Positions 55,444 through 64,000 of a DNA stretch of 64,000 nucleotides are shown in pieces. Source of the stretch: Eledone cirrhosa (Eukaryota); NCBI GenBank assembly GCA_964016885.1, contig OZ024741.1, positions 276,458,001 to 276,522,000 on the forward strand, in the 5' to 3' direction. The position numbers and the translations under genes were made by a program. The notes under the pieces were generated by a model. It searched no databases. It saw nothing but the letters and a program-made list of their open reading frames with translations, and was not told the DNA's origin. The stretch's first letter is position 1. The number at the start of each line of letters is the position of its first letter.

Positions 55444-55797
55444 AGCATATAAACAATATGCCCCCCCCCACCGCAAGGTGGTCGTGGAGGTGCCACGGCA
55501 AAAAAAGCACCCAGCCCACACTGTAAAGTGGACGTGTAGGCGCCACGAAAAAGCACCCAGCACTCACTGTAAATGAGGTTGGTGTTAGGAAGGGCATCCA
55601 GCTGTAGAAATCAAGCCAGATCAGTTCCTGTATGAGCAAGGCATGGTCAGCCGACCAGACACTGCCCACAACAGGACAACCCGTCTAACCCATGCTAGCG
55701 TGGAAGAACGGACGTAAAACGGTGATGATGATATACGGTATGTTTAATAAATAAACATTTTGAAAGCCCAGCTATGAATATTGAAAGACTGATGGCC

Positions 55798-55991
55798 AGC
55801 GCCATCTAGTGAATTCCAGCAGAAACAGCGGGGGACAACTTTCTGTGCATTTCGAGCTACTGACTCTCATCAGGACACTGTTTCCCTGTTTTCTGCTGGA
55901 ACTTGAAAACAGGCAAAAATTCTGCCTTGTAGGTGGGCTGAGCCAATTTATACAGCTTTATAAGCAAATAAGGCTAATCAGCCCACCTACA
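55798..55991. other. Structured island: CTCF-like motif, two hairpins and a minus-strand hammerhead core
   Basis: AGCGCCATCTAGTG; TTCCAGCAGAAACAG/CTGTTTTCTGCTGGAA; TGTAGGTGGGCTGA/TCAGCCCACCTACA; minus-strand CTGATGA-GAG..CTC-GAAA-TGCA. Confidence 0.5.
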
Positions 55992-56294
55992 CAGGTGAAT
56001 ATCTTTGTAATTTTTCCACATTTTTGTTGTTGTATGCTAGAAAATATGACAAAATCTTTTGTTGTAGTGCACTTGAGCACTGTACACAATTTTCATTATT
56101 ATTATTATTATTTGTTTTCAAATGAGTTCAAATCCCGCCCAGGTTTACTTTGTCTTTCATCCTTACGAGGTCGATAAAATATAGTACCAGTAATGCACTG
56201 GGTAATTGCTGGCCTTGTGCCTAAAGTAGAAACAATTATTATTATTTGTTTTGCAAGATTCTTGATGTGAAATAATGTGTTTAAACAGATATTG

Positions 56295-56717
56295 TAATAC
56301 TTTTAGTGGACCATGTTGCCAATAAAAAATATACACACCAGTTGAAGTTCACTTCAGTTTTATTAGTTAGGTAAATAATCTATTCCTCTGTTAATTTAGT
56401 TACCAGGTGGTTAAATAGTTGTCATATTTAAATTGTCAAAGCTCTTTCGTCTCACATTCTGTGACTTTTTCAATGACTATTCTTGCTCCTCTGTGTCTCC
56501 TCTTCATTTTGATCTGGTTCTATTTGCACAATCTTGTCTTAGTGAGGACCAAGATTAATCATTGAATAATTCACGGAATGTGTTGGAAGAGCTTTGACAA
56601 TTAAATAACCATCCAGTAATTAAACAATGCAAGGAATGGGTTGGTTAGCTAACTAACAATGAGACTGGTGTGTCCCTTCATTGGCAACATGACCCTCCAA
56701 AGTATAAATATATTACA
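56295..56717. mobile_element. Degenerate long-TIR MITE/foldback
   Basis: CATGTTGCCAAT/ATTGGCAACATG, ACACCAGT/ACTGGTGT and AATTGTCAAAGCTCTT/AAGAGCTTTGACAATT are symmetric about ~56520. Confidence 0.7.
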
Positions 56718-57051
56718 TTTTTAATGTTTAAGATTAATTCCTTAACTGCAAGTAGATTATATGACACAAGCTGTTAAATTGTTTGTTTCTATGTATGGCT
56801 CCATGTCTGTAATCTCTTGGTCATGTAATTAGAATCATATATTTTTCAACTTATTTTTCAATAAACTACCTACTGTGAATAAAAGTATATTATATCGTCT
56901 ATTTAAATATTTAATTTGAAATATGTATGTCAACATGACCTTAGCTATTCAATTCATATTCATTTCTGAAAATTTCTTTTATCAGTTTAATCTAATGCTC
57001 TTCATTAACTGCCCTTCTGAATGTTTTTCTTTCTATCTTTCTTTTTTCGTT

Positions 57052-57116
<65 letters not shown>

Positions 57117-58151
57117 GAAACACTCTTAAAGATCTGCCTGCTGATTTAGGAATTAATATTTTAATTTATTCAAAGGCCAGCATTTTCAGGAGTTGATTAA
57201 ATCAATGTCAGTACTTTACTTCTAGTTTATTTTATCAACCCTGGAAGAATGAAAGGCAAAGTTGACCTTAGTAAGATTTAAACTCAGAATGTAAATAAGC
57301 CAGAACAAAAACCACAATGGAATTTTATCCAATGCTCTACCAATTTTGCTAATCTACCCTAAGATTTTCATTCTTCATCTTCTCATCATCATAATTCTGT
57401 ATCTGCTTTCTTTAATGGCATGGTGTTGGATGGGCCAACATGGACAAGGTCAATTCTTATATGGCGTTGATGCACTTTTAGATGGACTGGGGGCCTACCT
57501 CTCTCACAGGATCTATTTTCACATCGTTTTTAACACCAACCACTTTAGAGTGTACTGGGTGCATTTTATTGTGGCACCAACATAAATTATTTTATCAAAT
57601 TGACCATGGCAGGATGAAAAACAGAGTTGACTTTGGTGGGATTTGAACTCAGAAAGTAAAGAGCTGGAGTAAATACTGCTAAGCATTTCTCTGACACTAA
57701 TAACTCTAATAATTATAATTGTTTCTAATTACCCCAGTGCATTACTGGTTCTTTATTTTACGGAACCCCGAAAGAGCAAAGTTAACCTCGGCAGGATTTG
57801 AACTCAGAACGTAGAGGGCCATAGCTCTATGCTGAAAAGCATGGAGTCTGACGCTCTACCAATACTGCCAATCCAATAATTATAATGATGTTGATAATGG
57901 TTTCTTTTATTTGCCACTAGGGTGCGGCATGAGAGGGCATTACAAACACAGATTGCATAAAGTGTATTTCTCCATTATGATCACTGTTGCCAATGAATTA
58001 TATTTTTTTTACAGTCTAATCTATATTTCGAGTTCCCTGTACTTAACACACATCAATGAAAGCTATTGATATACCTGAGCTCTTTACATGGAATCTTCTG
58101 AACAGCAAAAGAATAAGAATAGGGTTAAATAAATCTGTAGAGAAATATATA

Positions 58152-59983
58152 TCTTCATCATCATAATCACCGTTTTACGTCCGTTCTTCCACGCTAGCAT
58201 GGGTTAGACGGGTTGTCTTGTTGTGGGCAGTAGCCGGTCAACTGACCATGTCTTGCTCATACGGGAACTGATTCTGGCTTGATTTCTACAGCTAGATGCC
58301 CTTCCTAACACCAACCTCATTTACAGTGAGTGCTGGGTGCTTTTTTTCCATGGCACCTACATGTCCACTTTACAGTGTGGGCTGGGTGCTTTTTTGCCGT
58401 GGCACCTCCACGACTACTTTGCAGTGGGAGGGGTGGGGGGCATATTGTCTATATGCTTCAACTTTGGCTTGTACCCGTGGGCGGTCAGGTCTTCTGTATT
58501 ACTGCATGACGCCAGAGGTCACGGTCGTGTGTCATCGCCTTTGAGAGGTGTAATTGGTTAAGGTCGGCTTTTATCACCTCATCCCAGGTCTTCTTGGGTC
58601 TCCCCACTCCGCCGCTTCCATCGACTTCTAGTGCTCTGCACCTTTTTATGCAGTTGTCATCCTTCATATGCATCACACGTCCATCCCAACGCAACCTCCT
58701 CTCCTGCACACAGCATTTGATTCCTCTTATGCTCAGTCTCTCTCTCAATTCCTTTATGCTTTGCTGTTTGCGTATATTACTATTACACATCCATCGGAGC
58801 ATGCAGGCTTCGTTTCTTTCTAATCTACGCAAGTCTTCTACAGACAGCGCCCAGGTCTCACTACCATGTAACATTGCTGTTTGTATACACGCATCATACA
58901 GTCTGCCTTTCATTTTGAGGGAAAAGCCTTTTGCAGCTACCAGTGGCAGTAGCTCCATGAACTTCTTCCATCCCGTTCTCACCCTAGTTATTGTACTTTC
59001 CGTACACCCACCTCCGCTACTAATTCAGTCCCCTAGGTAGCAGAAGCTGTCTACTGTTTCTACAGAGCCCTCCCAGAGTTTGGTGGTGCTTGTTTCCTGT
59101 GGCTGTTTGCTGCTTGCTGTCCCAGCGCAGCTGCTATATGTGAAGCCTACATTCTTAGTTAAGCTTCCTGAGATCCCAATACATCTCTTGTGTACCCATT
59201 GTTTGCATTTGGGGCAGAGGATGGAGTTCCTACCTACACCTTTCCTACGTACTGAGCAAGGCCATTTCCCTGAGGGGATCTGGGTTCTGTTTTCTTGTCT
59301 ACTTACAAGGACCTTAGTCTTTGACAGGTTGACTTTGAGACCCCCTTCTTTCTAGTCTCTGCTTCCATGTTTGGAATTTCTTCTCTAGTTTTACCATAGA
59401 TTCAGCTATAAGTGCGAGGTCATCTGCATACAGGAGTTTCCATGGGCATTCGGTCTTAAACTCCTCCGTTATTGCCTGCAAAACTATGATGAACAGGAGA
59501 GGGCTAAGAACAGAGCCCTGGTGGACACCGACGTGTATGCTAAATTCCTCACTATAGTCATTGCTAATCCTAACTTTGCTGACTGCTCCCCTATACATAG
59601 CTTGTACAGCTTTCACAAGCCATTCATCTACTCCTAGTTTTCTAAGAGCCCACCAGCCAGATTATAGCACTGGAAACTCTGTCAAAGGCTTTCTCGAGAT
59701 CGACGAATGCCAGGTAGAGCGGCTTACTTTTAGCTAGGTAGTTTTCCTGTAACTGCTTTACAAGGAAGAGGGCATCAGTGGTGCCTTTTCCTGGCACAAA
59801 CCCAAATTGCATCTCATCTAGTTTCACCCAGTCCTTAATCAACTGTGCTATAACTCTTTCTGTTACTTTCATGACCTGGTCTATCAGCTTTATACCTCTA
59901 TAGTTTCCTCTATCTAGTGCATCACCTTTACCCTTGTAGCAGTTGACAATGATGCTGCTGCACCAATCATTTGGTATGACACC
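58152..59983 (-). mobile_element. RTE family B-related copy, 5'-truncated, frameshifted, older
   Basis: ORF fragments 58485-58982, 59314-59616 and the C-terminal part of 59642-60202. Confidence 0.92.
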
Positions 59984-60082
59984 AAACAAATTTATATATA
60001 TATATAAGAAAAAAAACCCATTTAAGTTGTTCGCTCCAACATAGCTGTATACATATAAGAAGGTGTATTTTGTATATCTAAT

Positions 60083-60788
60083 GTATACGAACAATAATGT
60101 TACATGGTAGTGAGACCTGGGGGTTGTGTGCAAAGACTTATGTAGATTAGAAAGAAACGAATCTTGCATGCTCCGATGGATGTGTAATAGCAATGTACGC
60201 AAACGGCATAAACAAATTGAGAAGGAGACTAAGCATAAGAGGTATCAAATGTTATATGCAGGAGAGGAGATTGCGTTGGTATGGACATGTGATGCGTATG
60301 AAGGACAACGGCTGTATAAAAAAAGTGACGAAGCTACGGAGTAGATAGACCGAGAAAAATCTGGGACGAGGTGATAGAAACTGACCTTGCTCACTTACAC
60401 CTCGTTAAGACAAATTCACTGGATTGAGATCTTTGGCGCTATGCAGAGACCTGCCTTCCTTAACATACAAACTTAAACCTACAGTCAGTAGGCACCTCTT
60501 GACCCAATATACACCCCACCCACACCCCTTACTCCACCCTCTCACTTCCATCCACTGTAAAGTGGTCATGTAGCTGACACGACAAAAAGAACCCAGTCCA
60601 CACTGTAAAGTTGTCGTGTAGGAGACATGGTAAAAGGGCTCCCAGTCCACACTTTAAATGTGGTCGGTGTTAGAAAGGGCATCCAGTTGTAGAAAACCTG
60701 CCAGAAACAGTTCTGTACGAGCGAGACACGGTCACCCGTCCAACCCATGCTAGCGTGGAAGATGGATGTTAAACGATGATCATGATGA
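60083..60788 (+). mobile_element. Decayed RTE 3' fragment
   Basis: LHGSETW, RLERNE and MLRWMCNS remnants, 3' UTR and GAT tail. Confidence 0.85.
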
Positions 60789-61864
60789 TTTTTAGATATT
60801 TTCTGTCTATATCATTACAGAATGTTATGTATTAAATGTGAATGCATAATTTTCCAGCCACTCTTGCTTAGAATTTCTCTGTTCTGTTTATTTTCATATT
60901 ATTTCTTAGCATTCAGTTACGTCATCTTCCTTCACCAAATTTTGGCAACAAAACTTGTATCTCAAGTTTACCAACTAATAACTCCACCACACCAGTCCTT
61001 TTCTTCTGACTATGTGATAGAATAAAACATACAAAATAAAACTGACATTCCTAAACAACTTGGTGCCTATTGTCCAACAGCTAGTTAAACTCAGAAACAA
61101 CCTATTTCAGTTTACTGACTTTGTTGGTTATTCATACATAAAAAAAATCTGTTTCATCAAGGGTGACTCTGTGTGACATCGTTCCACTAGAAATAGCAAT
61201 CACACCATAGTGTTGTTGTTTTCTTTCTTAAAAAAAAAAAAAAAGATGGTCACATTGGATAATATAACTCATGGTATACTGTTTGAAAAACAAATACAAA
61301 AATATGTTCCATGTGAATTTCCATGTTGCACTGAACCTGCTAGAAATAGCAACTGAATTTCTCGCAAACCACACAATAAGGAGGACACATTGGATAATAT
61401 ACCCCGTGTCTGACCAAAAAAGAAATCCATACAAATGGGGAAAAAAAAAAAAATAAACATCATATCCATGCTCTGTTCCTGTCAGTCAACTGCCCTAAAC
61501 TGGTCTTTTATTTATTGACCCCAGAAGGTTAAAAAGCAAAGTTGACCTGGGCAGGTTTTGAAATCAGAATGCAACGAACTGAAACACTCTAATGCTTCTG
61601 CAAATTAACTGGAAGGTTCTTCTTAAGGATCTACTACAATCAAGTTGTGAAGGCTTGTGACTTACAGTGCTGGACTTACCTATAAGTTAAATAAGCTATA
61701 GCTTCGGACCACACACCCTCAGCGGCCTCATTTAAAAAAATATATTTTCATTTTATGATTAGTTTACATTCTTTAACACTATATCATCAAAAATTATATA
61801 TATATATGCAGTAGATGTACAGGGAAATTTGATAGAAGTGTCAGTGATAGGCACATTTTTCAAA

Positions 61865-62240
61865 TGCAGGAAGGATCTATAGAGGTGGTTGATAGCTTCC
61901 GATACCTAAGCAATCAGATTAGCAAGGGAGGAGGATGCTCTGAGGCCATAGTATCTAGAATAAGGACAGGATAGAAGAAGTTTAGGGAGCTGCTTCCTCT
62001 GTTGACAACGAAGGGTTTCTTCCTACGAACGAAAGTTCAGTTATATAATGCCTGTGTGAGATGCGTGATGTTGCATGGTAGTGAGACATGGGCAGCAACT
62101 GCGGAGGACATGCGATGGCTGGAAAGAAATGAAAGGAGACGACGAAGGACCGTGACGAATGGAGAGATGCTGTGCTGAAAAGGACCCGTTCCACCCTTGC
62201 AAGCAAGGAAAAGTGGACATAAAATGATGATGATGATGAT
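61865..62240 (+). mobile_element. Internally deleted RTE fragment
   Basis: EGSIEVVDSFRYL, GGCSE and LHGSETW remnants joined to a short tail and (GAT)n. Confidence 0.8.
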
Positions 62241-62639
62241 ATACATATATTATTTATTATTTCTTTATTCTTTATCATTAACATTCATGTATAATTTAAA
62301 AAGAAATTTTTTTATCCAAATTTTTTTTCGAGACGGGCCTCAGCAGGTGAAAATCCAGACTTGGTGACTTAGTGATTAAAGTGTTTGACTCATGAATACA
62401 AGGTTGTGTTCTCAATTCCTGCTAGCGAGTTTTGGCCTTCACCAAAGACACTCTATTTCACAGTGATTATTTTGTTGTCAAAGTTCTTTCATCACATGCT
62501 GTGACCTTCTCAATGACTGTTTTGGACCTGTGTCTCTCTTTTTTTTTTTTGAGATTTTGTTTCAATTACTCTAAAATAAAAAAGGGAGAAAAATGGAATA
62601 ATTGGAACAAAAATAAAACAAAAAAACCCAGAGGGCCAA

Positions 62640-62910
62640 AATAGTTATGCTGAATCTCCCTGAGAATAACTTTACAGGGTACATGTGTTTATGGACTGTG
62701 CCTATAATTTAAAGATCCAGCATTGTCACACACGTCATGCTGAATCTTCCTAATGATCATGTACAACGTACACTTATTTATAGACTGTACTTGTAATTCA
62801 AAAGGCTAGCTTTGTTACACACTGTCATGCTGAATCTCCCTGAGCTCTAGGTTAAAATTACATATGTCTGTGGAATGTTCAATCACTTACTTGCAATGTT
62901 AATTTCGCAA
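62640..62910 (+). repeat. ~90-bp degenerate tandem repeat, 3 copies (probably a SINE body)
   Basis: ATGCTGAATCT.CCT at ~62647, 62737 and 62828. Confidence 0.65.
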
Positions 62911-63314
62911 GCAGGCTGAGATCAAACAGCTGTTGTTATTGCTGTTCTTGTTGCTGATCGCATCTGCAGCACGTGCAATCATGTGCAGCTATACATTTGT
63001 GTGTTGTGTTGGCTCTATGCTGTCTTTGAATCTCTCTTGCCATCATACCATCACCTCATGCAATTCCAGTTACACGCAACTTGATCCTATCTCTCTATCT
63101 TTTGACCATTTTCCCTTTTGTTGTTGTTCTTAATGCAGACTACCTTCCCACCCACCACCTCATCATGCCTTTAGGGCTTTGCTTTTATCTGCCGGATTAT
63201 TCTCTCTCTCTTTCTCCTTCTGCCTGTTTCTGTTACTCTCTCTCTCTCTCTGCCTGTTTATGCGTCTCTCTCTCTCTCTGCCTGTTTCTGCTTCTCTCTA
63301 TGCTTCTTTCTGCT

Positions 63315-63352
<38 letters not shown>

Positions 63353-63400
63353 ACAACTGTACATGTTTCTACCACCTGTCAGCATTACTCACTCTTACTA

Positions 63401-63493
63401 TATTCAATCTACTTTCATGCTGCTGCTGCTGCTGCTACTACTACTGATAGTAGTAGTAGCAGCAGCAGCAGCAGCATGAAAGTAGATTGAATA
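63401..63493. repeat. Perfect palindrome, 45-bp arms, 3-nt loop
   Basis: TATTCAATCTACTTTCA(TGC)6(TAC)3T-GAT-A(GTA)3(GCA)6TGAAAGTAGATTGAATA. Confidence 0.95.
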
Positions 63494-63734
63494 GTTTGGC
63501 AAAAGGCTAGCAATTTTGTGGGGAAGGAAAAGTCAAATATATCGATCCCAGTATTCAACTGGTACTTTATTTTATCAACTTTGAAAGAATGAAAGGTAAA
63601 GTTGACCTTGGTGGGATTTGAATTCAGTACATAAAGGGTTGTAACTAAATGCTGCAATGCATTTTAGTTAACACACTAACAATAATATCCTCTACATTCA
63701 GTGCCTATATCTCATTACATAATACTATATAATT

Positions 63735-64000
63735 CATAATAGTGATGGTGGTTGATGAGGATAATGATGATGATTGGTGGTGGCGGTGGTCACATCTCTT
63801 GCTGGTGGTAAATGGAGGGATAGTGGAGATTGGCGTTTTGGTGGTGGTGGTTGGTATGTGTGTGTAGTGGTGATTGCTGTTGGTGTTGTGGTGGTGTATG
63901 AGTGGGTGGGGTAGTGGTGATTGGTGGGTGGTGGTTGGTATGATGTGTGTGTAGGTGGGGTAGTGGTTATTCGTGGTGTGTGTTCGGGGGAGGGGGGTAG
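63735..64000. repeat. GGT/GT-rich low-complexity tract
   Basis: Direct reading. Confidence 0.85.

Larger units (their letters stand above)
50806..55733 (+). mobile_element. RTE-clade LINE family B, full length, potentially active
   Basis: Tandem 5' region, intact ORF, 3' UTR and (GAT)n tail. The 5' boundary is inferred. Confidence 0.88.

Overview
Repeat-saturated, apparently gene-free eukaryotic DNA. The (TA)n/(CA)n tracts, RTE LINEs with (GAT)n tails and tRNA-SINEs suggest an octopus-like cephalopod, but that is an inference. The window holds a 49-bp satellite array (1-4.6 kb), a near full-length but frameshifted Penelope-like element (PLE; RT plus C-terminal GIY-YIG) bounded by ~300-bp pseudo-LTRs, a second PLE family, and two long-ORF RTE LINEs (1006 and 1039 aa, each with a PHD-type finger inside the RT). 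It also holds many truncated LINEs, SINEs, hAT- and piggyBac-like MITEs, a CRE-like relic and several palindromes. The most striking hidden signal is about 11 type I hammerhead ribozyme (HHR) motifs read by eye, from at least 6 unrelated sequence contexts and mostly next to microsatellites. They include a U3:A8 core-covariant HHR in both pLTRs of the large PLE, a back-to-back pair in a 373-bp palindrome, and variants with very long stem II inserts. No host exon could be supported. All structures were paired by eye and no searches were run.
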